From Gemmatimonadota bacterium (GTDB taxonomy: Bacteria > Gemmatimonadota > Gemmatimonadetes > Gemmatimonadales > GWC2-71-9): DNA of 64,000 nt. Both the position numbers and the translations under genes were made by a program. The DNA is taken from positions 352,001-416,000 of the forward strand of contig JBDHAB010000001.1 of NCBI GenBank assembly GCA_039588295.1. Reading direction: 5' to 3'. The first letter of the stretch is position 1, and each line of letters begins with the position of its first letter. The notes beneath the pieces were generated by a model that saw only the letters and a list, made by a program, of their open reading frames with translations, had not been told where the DNA came from and did not search any database. Of this stretch, positions 30,073 through 40,142 are shown piece by piece.

Positions 30073-32811
30073 TCACCTGCCTGGCCCGAACAACATGGCA
30101 TTCGTGAGCAGTCGGGCCGGACCGCGCCAGAAGCCCCGGTACAATGGGTCGTCTGCAAACAGCACGACTTGCCCGCGACCCAGCGACTCGGCGGTGGCCC
30201 ACACCGTTTCGTTCAGCAGACGCTCTGTGTTATCGGGCCAGGCGAAGCCTGCGAGCAGCAGAGAGTCGCCCACGAACACCACGGGGTTGTCACCACGCTT
30301 CGACGGCGCGAGCATCGTGCTGCCCCGGAGCATCACCGGCAACGTGTTGCTCCGAAAACCCATCGTCAGCCAGTGACTCGCGTCGAGAGTGGCACGGAAG
30401 ATGGACCCGGGTACCGGGCCCGGTCGATCGGTGTCGGCTTCCGGTGACGCGAGCGGGGGTGTGAGTTCCGCACCACTCTGCAGACTGTCTGCAGCCGCCT
30501 TCTTCTCATCCTCGTCCTCGGGTTCAAGTGCCTCCACAGTGCTCAAGCCAACATCTTCGTGTCCCGGGAACAAGGCGGCGTTGTCGTAGGCGATCAACAC
30601 CCCTCCGTCCCGAACCCATTGCTTGAGCCTGGCGATTCCGCCTGCACCCAATTCCCTGCGGATCGTGCTCGGGCTGCCGCTTGGGATGATGAACACGTTG
30701 TAATCGGATAACGTGTGCATCCGCCCAACGCTCGAGAGTGAGACCGGCACGAACGGGTGGTGCAGCTCGCGTTCTAGAAAGTACCAGAGTCCGCCGTAGC
30801 TCGTCGTGCTGATGCCTGCACCTGCGGTGACGGCCACGCGGGGGCGATACACGGGATCCACATTTCGGGAGCCGACACCCACGGCACCGGAATCGGGGAA
30901 CGCGGATTGGACGGCGGTCACCTGGGCGCCGATCTCGTGCGCCAGGGTAGCGATCCGCTGGTGTACGGCCTCCGGATTCCGCTCCGTCCGAACGACGAAG
31001 GTGCCGCGAGGGTAGCTCTGGCCGTCGGCGCGCAGTGGCTCGCGACTCACGTTCAGGACGAAGCCTTCCCGGAGCAAGGCGAGCGCGAGCTCGACTGCAG
31101 CTTGTCGGTCGTTGGCGAAGAGATATGCCGAGTTCGCTCGACCGGATGCTCGTCCCGCCGGCGCCAAGGCTCGAATTGGATCACCGTCCGACGGAATCAC
31201 GAGGCGCACACCTTCCACTGGCCGTGTGTCCTCGGTCCAGTATGCCTCGAGCCCCAGGGTGAGCGGTAACGACCAGGCCGTGACGTCGTAGAACTCGTAC
31301 CGCTCGGTGGTGGCACCAGGTCCGCGACGCTGATTCCGTTCGAACTTCGCCACCTGGCGCTCGAAGAAATCACGGTCTAGCTCGGCGCGCGGCTCGAGCA
31401 ACGCTCGGGCGATTCGCCCCTGTGGTTGCTCCAGGTCGATCACGAGCGCGCCGACCGGAAAGGTCCGGCGAGACGCATCTGCGGATGGTCCGGCGTGGTA
31501 GCCATAGGCGGTTGACGCTGAATGCGGGGCGGTGAGCCGTTGCACCTCGATGTCGTGTTGCAGGAGCAGCCATGCCAGTCGCGCGGCGTTCGTGGCGTCG
31601 TTGTCCGGCAGCACGACGATACGCTTCATCGGCCCCGACCGGCCCTCGTCCATCGCCGTGCGGAAGAAATCGTGGTAATCGCGTAGGAGTGCTTCCCGAT
31701 GGGTTGCCGCGGTTTCGACGGTAGCCAGTGCCGCGACGTAGTGATGCGCGATCCCTTCGGCGAACGTGATGACTGTCCCGTCGTCGCGGCGACGCCTGAA
31801 CGCCTTCCCGCCGTCCGTCTCGTAGGTCATTCCGGTCGCGCCATGGAGCGAGGGGCCGGCGTCGAAGTAGCCGACGTAGAACAGATCGAAGACGTCCCGG
31901 GTGAAGTACTGCCACCCGTAACGGTCGAATGCCGCCGCGTTCGCGCGACCGAATGCCTCGAGCCAGCGCGCTGTCTGCGGCGGCAGATTCGCGTTGACGG
32001 GCGTTGCGGGCGGCGGGAAGAAGAACTGTTCGGTCGTGCTGTGCAGATCGACGAATACTTGTGGGTGCCAGCGCATGAGCGCTCGGAGCATGGCACGTGT
32101 GGGCTTCTGCGTGAGGGCGAGGAAGTCCCGGTTCATGTCGAACCGGTAATGGCTGTAACGGCCCCAGATACCCCAGGGTTCGTTCCACTCGTACGCAAAG
32201 GGCTCGTCCGTTCCGACGGCGAGCGAGTTATACCAGACCGCAAAGCGCTCGTGGCCGTCGGGGTTGGCCGACGGATTGAGGATGACGAGGGTGTGCTGGA
32301 GCATCCCGAGCGTTTGCGGTTCCTCGGAGGCCAGCAGCTGGTGCGCCACCCACATGGCGGCCTCGAAGCCACCCGGCTCGTTTCCGTGGATCGAGAACGA
32401 GAGCATGACGGCGGCCGGCGTGCGGGCGGCGATGCTCGCAGCCTCCGCGGAAGTCGTGGCGCGGGGGTCGGCCAAGCGGGCGAGGTCTTCCCGAATCTCG
32501 TCGAGCCGCGCGATGTTCTCCGGTGCCGAGATCAGGAGCGCACGCATCACGCGGCCTTCCTCGGTCACGCCAATGTCCTCGGTTCGGACCCGATCCCCAG
32601 CGGCTGCGATCATCGCGTCGAGCACGCGCTGCTGCTCCTGGTACTGAGTGTGGCGCGCGCCGGCGCCGTATCCTAGGAGGCTGTGTGGCCGTGGGACGGC
32701 GGGTCGGTATGGCCCCCGGTCGTAGAAGTCGAACGGCTCCTGCGCCGGGGCTGAACCGGCCATCGCCGCGAACACGACGGCTGCGAGGGCGAGTGTGAAA
32801 CGATGGATCAT
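30073..32811 (-). CDS. Secreted M14 zinc carboxypeptidase
   Basis: Signal peptide; SIHGNE, NPDG, DMNRD, VDLH; GATase-like C-terminal region. Confidence 0.88.
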   Translation of the reverse strand: MIHRFTLALAAVVFAAMAGSAPAQEPFDFYDRGPYRPAVPRPHSLLGYGAGARHTQYQEQQRVLDAMIAAAGDRVRTEDIGVTEEGRVMRALLISAPENIARLDEIREDLARLADPRATTSAEAASIAARTPAAVMLSFSIHGNEPGGFEAAMWVAHQLLASEEPQTLGMLQHTLVILNPSANPDGHERFAVWYNSLAVGTDEPFAYEWNEPWGIWGRYSHYRFDMNRDFLALTQKPTRAMLRALMRWHPQVFVDLHSTTEQFFFPPPATPVNANLPPQTARWLEAFGRANAAAFDRYGWQYFTRDVFDLFYVGYFDAGPSLHGATGMTYETDGGKAFRRRRDDGTVITFAEGIAHHYVAALATVETAATHREALLRDYHDFFRTAMDEGRSGPMKRIVVLPDNDATNAARLAWLLLQHDIEVQRLTAPHSASTAYGYHAGPSADASRRTFPVGALVIDLEQPQGRIARALLEPRAELDRDFFERQVAKFERNQRRGPGATTERYEFYDVTAWSLPLTLGLEAYWTEDTRPVEGVRLVIPSDGDPIRALAPAGRASGRANSAYLFANDRQAAVELALALLREGFVLNVSREPLRADGQSYPRGTFVVRTERNPEAVHQRIATLAHEIGAQVTAVQSAFPDSGAVGVGSRNVDPVYRPRVAVTAGAGISTTSYGGLWYFLERELHHPFVPVSLSSVGRMHTLSDYNVFIIPSGSPSTIRRELGAGGIARLKQWVRDGGVLIAYDNAALFPGHEDVGLSTVEALEPEDEDEKKAAADSLQSGAELTPPLASPEADTDRPGPVPGSIFRATLDASHWLTMGFRSNTLPVMLRGSTMLAPSKRGDNPVVFVGDSLLLAGFAWPDNTERLLNETVWATAESLGRGQVVLFADDPLYRGFWRGPARLLTNAMLFGPGR

Positions 32812-32987
32812 GGTTGCGCCTTGGGTCGGGAATGGGGGCAAACGTATGCGGCCGTCGTGGTTGACGCGAGACCGCGGTCCGTCTGGTCTTGGACTCAGCG
32901 TTTCGGGAGGTGGATGAGGCGGAACCGCGTCACCGCAGCGACGTCGAGCTCGTCCCGGTGTCGGTACACACCGAGTCGCCTCGCCGC

Positions 32988-33045
32988 TTGACAGCTAAGA
33001 TATATCGTACGATATTACGGCCGTAACAACGCCACGATATATCTT
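32988..33045 (+). promoter_or_regulatory. PadR promoter/operator: TTGACA plus inverted GATATATC boxes
   Basis: TTGACA 32988-32993; AAGATATATCG 32997-33007 and CGATATATCTT 33035-33045. Confidence 0.7.
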
Positions 33046-33070
33046 GCCGTTGAAGGAGTGAGGTGATCGC

Positions 33071-33616
33071 ATGAGAGGATCCACCTGGGGATTCGGATTC
33101 GGTCCAGGCGAGTGGTGGGGGTGGGGCGGTGGCAAAGGCGGCCGCCGCCGTCGTCGTGTGTGGTTCGAACCGGGCGACATGAAGTACGTGATTCTCAAGC
33201 TCCTCCGGGATAAGCCGATGCATGGCTACGAGGTGATGAAAGCTCTCGAAGAACGGACGCACGGATGTTACAAGCCATCTCCGGGGACGGTGTATCCCAC
33301 ATTGCAGTGGCTCGAAGATGAGGGACTCGTACTGAGTGAGGAGCGGGAGGGCAAACGCGTCTACTCGATTACCGATGACGGCCGCGCATTCCTGGTGGAG
33401 AATAAGTCAACCGTGGAAGACATCTTCGACCGCGTCGAGGAGACGATCGACAACCTACTGAGTGATCCGATGCCCGAGGTGACCCGTCTTGTCGGCAGGA
33501 TAGTGACCCAAAGCTACCGCGCTGCGTGGAAGTTGCGGGACGATCAGGAAGAACGCCGTAAGGTACGGGACATCCTTGAGCACGCCGCGAAGGACCTGGA
33601 AGCTCTAGTAGGCTAG
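33071..33616 (+). CDS. PadR family transcriptional regulator
   Basis: GDMKYVILKLL..PMHGYEVM, PSPGTVYPTL, KRVYSIT; AAGGAG/GAGG RBS. Confidence 0.92.
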   Translation: MRGSTWGFGFGPGEWWGWGGGKGGRRRRRVWFEPGDMKYVILKLLRDKPMHGYEVMKALEERTHGCYKPSPGTVYPTLQWLEDEGLVLSEEREGKRVYSITDDGRAFLVENKSTVEDIFDRVEETIDNLLSDPMPEVTRLVGRIVTQSYRAAWKLRDDQEERRKVRDILEHAAKDLEALVG

Positions 33617-33696
33617 CGACGTTATCGTCGCCACGACATGCCCCAAACGGGTAACGGTGCCGTTCGCACCGCCACCCACCCGTCTTGCGAGCTGCG

Positions 33697-33873
33697 TCAG
33701 TCAGCCTCGCCGTCGCTCTCCGCTCGCTTGGATCTCCCGGCGCTGCGCAGCGCACGTCTCAGCAAGAACTCCATCTGGCCGTTCACGCTGCGCAGCTCGT
33801 CCTTTGCCCAGCGTTCGACGGCGGCATACGTCTCAGGATCGAGTCGGAGCAGGAACGCCTTTCGATCGACCAC
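33697..33873 (-). CDS. Small Arc/ribbon-helix-helix DNA-binding protein (58 aa; not in ORF track)
   Basis: [47 protein letters not shown]...; starts 7 nt after the SPFH stop. Confidence 0.85.
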   Translation of the reverse strand: MVDRKAFLLRLDPETYAAVERWAKDELRSVNGQMEFLLRRALRSAGRSKRAESDGEAD

Positions 33874-33880
33874 GACACGG

Positions 33881-34750
33881 CTACTGGTACAATGACCCCG
33901 TGTTCACGACCGGCTGCGTCCCGCGATCCGAGCACAAGACCACGAGCAGGTTGCTCACCATCGTCGCCCGTCGTTCCTCGTCGAGCTGAATGATGTTCTT
34001 CTGAGAGAGCTGCTCCAGGGCCATTTCAACCATGCCGACGGCGCCGTCCACAATTTTGCGCCTGGCGGCAATGATCGCGCTCGCCTGCTGGCGCTGCAGC
34101 ATCGCGTGGGCAATCTCGGGCGCATACGCCAGGTGGCTCATGCGTGCTTCGAGGACCTCGACCCCGGCCTTTTCCAGACGCTCCTGGATCTCTGTCTGAA
34201 GCTGCTCAGCGATCTGCGCGGTGTGGCTCGTGAGCGCTTCCTCATGGGTCTCGTGGGCGTCGTACGGGTACCGTGTTGCGAGCCCACGGAGTGCGGCCTC
34301 GCTCTGCACGTGGACGTACTCCTCGAAGTCATCGACCTCGAACAACGCCTCGGCGGTGTCGACCACACGCCAGACCACGACGGTAGCGATCTCGATCGGG
34401 TTGCTGTTGCAGTCGTTGACCTTGAGCTTGCCCGTCTCGAAGTTGCGCACCCGAACCGACACCTTCCGCTTCGTGTAGAAGGGGTTCGCGTACCGCAGGC
34501 CGGGCGTCTTCACCGTGCCCACGTACTTCCCGAAGAGCTGTAGTATCCGGGCCTCGTTCGGGTTGACCACGAAGAAGCCGGCCATCAAGAACGACAGCAC
34601 CGTGAACACGAAGCTGGCGGCAATGATCTGTCCCACCGACTCTGCGCGCACCGCAGTGAAGAACCAGTAGCCAACCACGAACATCCCGAAGATGAGTCCG
34701 GCGAGGGCGGTATAGCCCGACCCGACCTCACGCTGCTGTTCCTTAATCAC
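33881..34750 (-). CDS. SPFH/band 7 domain membrane protein
   Basis: Two N-terminal TMs, [26 protein letters not shown]. Confidence 0.9.
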   Translation of the reverse strand: MIKEQQREVGSGYTALAGLIFGMFVVGYWFFTAVRAESVGQIIAASFVFTVLSFLMAGFFVVNPNEARILQLFGKYVGTVKTPGLRYANPFYTKRKVSVRVRNFETGKLKVNDCNSNPIEIATVVVWRVVDTAEALFEVDDFEEYVHVQSEAALRGLATRYPYDAHETHEEALTSHTAQIAEQLQTEIQERLEKAGVEVLEARMSHLAYAPEIAHAMLQRQQASAIIAARRKIVDGAVGMVEMALEQLSQKNIIQLDEERRATMVSNLLVVLCSDRGTQPVVNTGSLYQ

Positions 34751-34777
34751 CGCTGCCTCCTGCGAAGAAGACTATCA

Positions 34778-34808
34778 ATATGATATCATATAGCTAGCGT
34801 TGTGTCAA
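34778..34808 (-). promoter_or_regulatory. Sigma70 promoter TTGACA-17-TATCAT with overlapping 14-bp palindrome ATATGATATCATAT
   Basis: -35 at 34808-34803, -10 at 34785-34780, palindrome 34778-34791. Confidence 0.75.
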
Positions 34809-34856
34809 GTAGCTTGGGTGAAACCGAGAGTCGGGGAGTTTGGTGAATCCATCCCG

Positions 34857-35381
34857 TCAGTCGCCGAGTACCCGGAGGTATGCCTTCCACGGTCCCACGG
34901 CGCCGCCGTATCGCTTCGCCATCACTCGCGTGATTTGTCCAAGGTGTCCGAAGTCGTGCACGACCCAGGTCGCCAGGAGTTCCCGCAGCGTGACGGATCC
35001 GAACTCGGGGTGTCGTCCTCGGCGATCGAGGTCTGCATCGGAGAGCTTCCATGCGCGAAGCGTCTCGACGCTTCGCGCGCGACGCTGGGCGAACTCGTCG
35101 AGCAGCTGGCGTGGAGATTTGTCTTCGGAATCTGCGAACTGCGCAAACCGATCGAACGGCTCGAACTGGCGGCTTTCGCCGCGCTCGAGGATGATCTGCG
35201 CGCGCGGGATCCAGTTGGTCTCTTCGCCATGAATCAGGTGCCCGACAACATCAAACGGGCTCCACGTGTCTGGTCCCTCCGTGTGGTGCCACCAACCTTC
35301 TGAGAGGCCGTCAAGCAGCACGCGCAGCACGTCAGGCGTGCGGGCGAGTATCCGAATAGTGTGGTCCAGTTCGAACGGCAT
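34857..35381 (-). CDS. DinB family protein
   Basis: WSPFDVVGHLIHGE, W..HDFGHLGQI; GGAGG RBS before ATG 35381. Confidence 0.88.
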   Translation of the reverse strand: MPFELDHTIRILARTPDVLRVLLDGLSEGWWHHTEGPDTWSPFDVVGHLIHGEETNWIPRAQIILERGESRQFEPFDRFAQFADSEDKSPRQLLDEFAQRRARSVETLRAWKLSDADLDRRGRHPEFGSVTLRELLATWVVHDFGHLGQITRVMAKRYGGAVGPWKAYLRVLGD

Positions 35382-35416
35382 GCGAGCCTCCGCGTCCTGA
35401 GTCTGGGGTGACGCTC

Positions 35417-35804
35417 CTAGGTGCCCGACTCTTCGAATCGCTTCAGTCGAAGACCCATCATCAGCAACACCACCCCCAAGACAACGAGCATCGGTCCGCG
35501 GCCGTTCCAACGCCATAGGTCATCCCAGTCCCGTTCCCGACGCTGGAGGTGATCGCGTGCCTGTGAGAGGCCGCGGCGCGTTCCCTGCATGTGTTGGGCG
35601 ATCCCCTGGGGGGTCCGCGATGGCAGTATCGCTGGCGACGACTTGGAGGCTGTCGAGGCTCCGAGACAGCGACGCTACGGTCGCTCGCTGTGAGTCGAGT
35701 GCGCTCTTGACTGCCAGGGTGTATCCAAGCGATCCCAACATGAAGACGAGGCCGAGACCTCTGAGCCAGCGGGAGAGAGAGGTCAACCGGGATGCCCGTA
35801 CCAT
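35417..35804 (-). pseudogene. Two-TM membrane protein gene split by a one-base frameshift in a C6 run
   Basis: Removing one base at 35608-35613 joins TM1 to ...WDDLWRWNGRGPMLVVLGVVLLMMGLRLKRFEESGT*. Confidence 0.6.
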
Positions 35805-35808
35805 ACGT

Positions 35809-37257
35809 CTAGTCGCTCTTTCCGGTCTCGGCCGTGGCCGCTTGCTGGAGGAGTTCCCAGGCGCGCTCGACGTGCCGCCGCTCGGTATAGGGCCCGCCGA
35901 TGGCCATCCGGAGCACGGTGTGATCGTGGAGCCGAGTGTGGGTGAGGAAGACGGCTCCGGATGCGTTGAGGCGGTTCATGATACGCTCGTTGACGGCGTC
36001 ACCACCGATGTGGCGGAAACAGACGAGATTGAGTGGCACGGGTGCGACGATTTCGTACTGCGGGCTCGCATTCACCCAGGAGGCGAAGTCTCGGGCGAGC
36101 GCTACGTGCCGGCGGATGTGATCGCGCAACCCATCGACGCCGTAGTGGCGAATGACGAACCACAGCTTGAGCGCCCGAAACCTCCGGCCAAGCGGAATAT
36201 GCCAGTCGCGATAATCGAACACTGCACCTGATTCCGTCGCTGTGGTTCGCAGGTACTCCGGGAGGACGCGGAGGGCTCGGATCAGTCCGGAGCGGTCGGC
36301 GACGTAGAACGCATCGCAATCGAAGTTAGTGAGCATCCACTTGTGCGGGTTGAAACAGTAGCTATCCGCCAGCTCCATGCCGTCGTGGACCCATCGATGT
36401 TCAGGGCATAGGGCCGCGCTTCCCGCGAGGGCGGCGTCGACGTGCAACCAGAGTTCATTGCCCTGACAGATCTCTCCAATCGCGCGGACCGGGTCGATGG
36501 CAGTGGACGATGTCGTACCGACGGTGGCGCACACGAGGAACGGAATGCGGCCGGCTTGGCGATCGTCGTCGATCGCGCGTTCCAGCATCTCCGGCCGCAT
36601 CGCGAATGCCTCATCCACTTCGATGCGCCGGAGGTTCTCCCGGCCGATGCCTGCAATCGCGATACTCTTTTCGACTGACGAATGTGCTTGCGTCGAAGCG
36701 TACGCGGTGAAACGCCGATCCACACCCGTCTCGTTGGTTCGGTAACTGCTGGCGCGCTCCCGAGCCGCCACTACGGCGCACAACGTGGAGGACGATGCCG
36801 TGTCTTGAATGACTCCGCCGCCGCTCCCCGAAGAGTTGAATCGTTGCGGTAGTCCGAGGAGCTCCACCAACCAGTCGAGCACATGTGTCTCGAGTTCCGT
36901 GCAGGCGGGGCTGGTGGTCCATGACATGCCTTGCACGCCGAGTCCTGAAGACACCAGGTCGCCGAGCATGGCAGGTGGGGAGGCGTTGGCGGGAAAATAG
37001 GCGAAGAAGTTGGGTGACTGCCAGTGCGTAATGCCTGGTATGACAATCTCGTCCAGGTCTCGCAGAATTGCGTCGAATGGCTCGCCCTGCACCGGCGGCG
37101 TCGCGGGAAGTCGGGCGCGAATCTCTCCCGGTTCGGCTTGGGAGAGGACTGGGAACCGCTCGAGTTCCTCAAGGTATCGTGCGACCCAATCGACTGTCTG
37201 GTAGCCTGCCCGTCGGAACGCTGCGGCCGTCATGTGTCGGTGTGATGGCTCGGACAT
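35809..37257 (-). CDS. PLP-dependent aromatic-L-amino-acid decarboxylase (group II)
   Basis: THWQSPNFFAYFP, SPACTELE, HSSVEK, HVDAA, NPHKW, GRRFRALKLW. Confidence 0.92.
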   Translation of the reverse strand: MSEPSHRHMTAAAFRRAGYQTVDWVARYLEELERFPVLSQAEPGEIRARLPATPPVQGEPFDAILRDLDEIVIPGITHWQSPNFFAYFPANASPPAMLGDLVSSGLGVQGMSWTTSPACTELETHVLDWLVELLGLPQRFNSSGSGGGVIQDTASSSTLCAVVAARERASSYRTNETGVDRRFTAYASTQAHSSVEKSIAIAGIGRENLRRIEVDEAFAMRPEMLERAIDDDRQAGRIPFLVCATVGTTSSTAIDPVRAIGEICQGNELWLHVDAALAGSAALCPEHRWVHDGMELADSYCFNPHKWMLTNFDCDAFYVADRSGLIRALRVLPEYLRTTATESGAVFDYRDWHIPLGRRFRALKLWFVIRHYGVDGLRDHIRRHVALARDFASWVNASPQYEIVAPVPLNLVCFRHIGGDAVNERIMNRLNASGAVFLTHTRLHDHTVLRMAIGGPYTERRHVERAWELLQQAATAETGKSD

Positions 37258-37258
37258 C

Positions 37259-38209
37259 TCACCGCTCCTGTTCCGTGGATTGGGACCCGTCGCAGAAGGT
37301 GACGAGGGCCGACATCACCTCACGCTGCTCGCTGCTTCCCGCGGGGCGGTTCAGGAGCACTCCGTTCACGACGAGGGCAGACGATCCGCCGCCGTCCAGA
37401 TTGAGCGCTTGTACGGCACCCAGGTCCTGCAGGATGGTTGCGAGCTCCTCGAGATCGACACCGCGACTCTGCGGTTGTCGGCCATCGACCACCACGATGA
37501 GGAGTGCCCCGTCGCCGGTGATGCCTACGGCAGTTCGTGGATGGACCCTGGGAATCGAACTGCCGAAGAACACCTCCTCGTCGACGGTCACGCGAGGCCG
37601 TCCATCGACCACCAACATGGGACCAGCCGCGACGGCGTCCCGAACGTCCCATCGACGGGCTCGTTGTCGAGGTGGGAGGCTCGAGGGCACGCCCGGGCGG
37701 TGTGCTGGCGGCGTTCGCCAGGCGAGAACCGTGTCGTTATGCGTCGAGGCCCACGTGATTTCGATCTCATCATGCTCTGTGAAGCCGATCGCGGCCCGCG
37801 CAGTCTCGTATCGGAGCGAGTCTCGTGTCACCGTTCGCGTCGCCGCCGCTCGAAGCTGACCGGCCGTCAACAGCAAACCGGCATGGATGGCGGGCGTTCG
37901 GCTCATGTTGAAGTAGCCGGCATTGACAGCCACGCATGCATCATGGTCCGCGGCAAAGCTGGTCACGGTCTCGCGGTTGTCTGCAATGTCGTCGGACATC
38001 AGCACCCGAGTGACGATCGATGGATCACGTTCGTCGACGCGGACATACCAGGCTCGAAGTGGCAGCGCACTGTTTAAGCCGGCGTAGACCCGGACACCCG
38101 GTGGGAGGGCGTTGTTGACCGCCGTCATGGGTTCCCAGGAAATCGGGATCGGGCCCGGGTCCGATCCGGTGCACGAGCTTCCGGCCAGGAGGCTCAGGAT
38201 GGACAGCAC
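37259..38209 (-). CDS. Phosphodiester glycosidase (NAGPA-like) family protein, probable lipoprotein; start uncertain
   Basis: VNAGYF, AGPML, HPRTAVG, VDGR, LNLDGGGSS. Confidence 0.85.
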   Translation of the reverse strand: MLSILSLLAGSSCTGSDPGPIPISWEPMTAVNNALPPGVRVYAGLNSALPLRAWYVRVDERDPSIVTRVLMSDDIADNRETVTSFAADHDACVAVNAGYFNMSRTPAIHAGLLLTAGQLRAAATRTVTRDSLRYETARAAIGFTEHDEIEITWASTHNDTVLAWRTPPAHRPGVPSSLPPRQRARRWDVRDAVAAGPMLVVDGRPRVTVDEEVFFGSSIPRVHPRTAVGITGDGALLIVVVDGRQPQSRGVDLEELATILQDLGAVQALNLDGGGSSALVVNGVLLNRPAGSSEQREVMSALVTFCDGSQSTEQER

Positions 38210-38245
38210 GGCGGTCCGGCGTGTCGCTGGAATGGGCAGGGTCTC

Positions 38246-38881
38246 CTACGTCGCGGGTTTACGCCCGACCACTTGCACGACAGCGCTCCTGCCGTGATGC
38301 AGCCGGCCTTCGACCACGTCCCGATCGACCTCCCGTGCCACGACGAGATCGAGTCCTACGAGCTCCTCGCGGAGCTCGGTCAGCGACACCAGTAGCTCTC
38401 GGATGGGCGGTCCACCCGTGCCGTAGTCGAGCTGGCGAGGTAAATAGGCTTCGAGAATCAACGCTCCGCCGGGCCGGAGGCCGGCTGCCGCAGCTTTGTG
38501 TAAACGCGTGCGGATGTCGGGGAGTAGATGGCAGAATATGGAAACAATGCCGTCCCGCGAGTCCGGCTCGATAACATAGTCCGACAGATCGGTGACTTCT
38601 GTGGTGATGGACAGGCCGGCCGCTGCCGCGAGACGGCTGGCTTTCTCGAGGCCAACCCTCGAAGCATCGACGGCATGCACCTGGTGCCCTTTCCGTGCAA
38701 GGTACACCGCGTTACGTCCCTCGCCCTCCCCGAGGCTCAGGACGCGACCCCCGGGAATGTGGTGAGCCACGGCTCGCAGGAACGCGTTCGGAGTGGTGCC
38801 GTATGCGTACCCCGGCTTGGAGTACCGAGCATCCCACACATCTGACGAGCTCGTCACGATCTGCTGAACACCATGGTGCAC
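38246..38881 (-). CDS. Class I SAM-dependent methyltransferase (TehB-like)
   Basis: WDARY...PNAFL, LGEGEGRNA, GTGGP. Confidence 0.88.
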   Translation of the reverse strand: MHHGVQQIVTSSSDVWDARYSKPGYAYGTTPNAFLRAVAHHIPGGRVLSLGEGEGRNAVYLARKGHQVHAVDASRVGLEKASRLAAAAGLSITTEVTDLSDYVIEPDSRDGIVSIFCHLLPDIRTRLHKAAAAGLRPGGALILEAYLPRQLDYGTGGPPIRELLVSLTELREELVGLDLVVAREVDRDVVEGRLHHGRSAVVQVVGRKPAT

Positions 38882-39535
38882 CTATTCCGCCCGGAAACCT
38901 TCGTCGGCGTGCGATCCGTCGCAGAACGGTTTGTTGTACGAGAACCCACAGCGGCACAGCGCCGCCTTGTTGTTGCGTGACTTGGGAACGCCGAGCCCGT
39001 CTACAATTCTGAAGTTTCCGCGAAGGAGCAGCGGCCCGTCGGGCTGGACGGTGATCGTGACCTCTCCCCCTGACTCGCCTTCGTCGTCCTTGGTCCCGCC
39101 CTGAAGGGTCCCGTCGTCGCGAAAGCCAGCGTCTGCGTGTCGGCCGTCACAGAGTGGCTTGTTGTGCGAGGCACCGCAGCGGCACAGTGCTACCCTGACG
39201 TCGCGGAGCAGCTCCTCGTCGCCAGGGCGCCGGATCGTGATGTTGCCGTTCACATAGAGTGGACCGTCCGGGCAGACCGTTACCGTGTTGTCGGTCGGCG
39301 ACGCTTCCGCGGCACCGCCGTCCAGCCGCTGGGCGCTCAGCGCGCCGGTTGGGCACCTTGTGACAACGCGTGCTACCTCGTCCGGCGAGCCGCGACTGAC
39401 ATCAATCCACGGACGCCGATCGGGGTCGAAGACCTCCGGCAAGCCGTGCACGCATTCGGCAGCGTGAATGCAGCGTGCGGTATCGTAGGTGACGCGAAGT
39501 TGCTCGGTCTCGTATGTGCGCTTGCTGCTCTTCAT
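38882..39535 (-). CDS. Divergent 4Fe-4S ferredoxin (YjdI-like) domain fused to two CDGSH 2Fe-2S domains
   Basis: CIHAAECV...RPWI...CPTGAL; CRCGASHNKPLCDGRH and CRCGFSYNKPFCDGSH. Confidence 0.88.
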   Translation of the reverse strand: MKSSKRTYETEQLRVTYDTARCIHAAECVHGLPEVFDPDRRPWIDVSRGSPDEVARVVTRCPTGALSAQRLDGGAAEASPTDNTVTVCPDGPLYVNGNITIRRPGDEELLRDVRVALCRCGASHNKPLCDGRHADAGFRDDGTLQGGTKDDEGESGGEVTITVQPDGPLLLRGNFRIVDGLGVPKSRNNKAALCRCGFSYNKPFCDGSHADEGFRAE

Positions 39536-39575
39536 GATCCGTGCTTCCCGCTCTGGTCTGCGATATGGTCGGCTG

Positions 39576-40088
39576 CTACGCCGATCCCGTACTCCCCAGG
39601 CCGCCAACGCGGTCGGTCGACTGACCAACCGCACCAGCAGTCCACGGCAACGCCACGAACCTGCTGAGCACGGCTTGGGCAACGCGCTCGTTGTGTTCCA
39701 CGTGGACCGTGCGCGGTGAGTCATTCTTCACCATGACCAACCATTCGTCGGGGTAGTCCGGGTCGATAGTCCCAGGGGCGTTGGGAAGCACCAGGCCGCG
39801 TTGGAAGGCCATGGAGGAGCGAATCCGGACTTGTGCCTCATAGCCCTTGGGGACGCGAGCCTTGAATCCTGTTGGAATGAGAGCAACGTCCCCCGGTTCG
39901 AGCAGGAGCCGATCGTCGGTCACCGGTACCTCCGTTCGCTTTCCACTGACACCGCGTATCACGGTGACGTGGCGGCCCCGCAAGTATGCTCGAAGGTCGT
40001 ATCCGGCAGAGCCGTCAGTCTCCCTTCTAGGTGGCAACACGTCTGCGTGCAACGGATCGAAGACGATGTTCGGGGTCGCGTCTGCCAT
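39576..40088 (-). CDS. dut: dUTP diphosphatase
   Basis: GSAGYDL, RSS, GTIDPDY, ERVAQ, RVGGLGSTG. Confidence 0.9.
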   Translation of the reverse strand: MADATPNIVFDPLHADVLPPRRETDGSAGYDLRAYLRGRHVTVIRGVSGKRTEVPVTDDRLLLEPGDVALIPTGFKARVPKGYEAQVRIRSSMAFQRGLVLPNAPGTIDPDYPDEWLVMVKNDSPRTVHVEHNERVAQAVLSRFVALPWTAGAVGQSTDRVGGLGSTGSA

Positions 40089-40142
40089 CGGGCTCCCTGC
40101 GGGTGGGACCGAATTATAGTCAATCACACGTTGATCGCTCGA

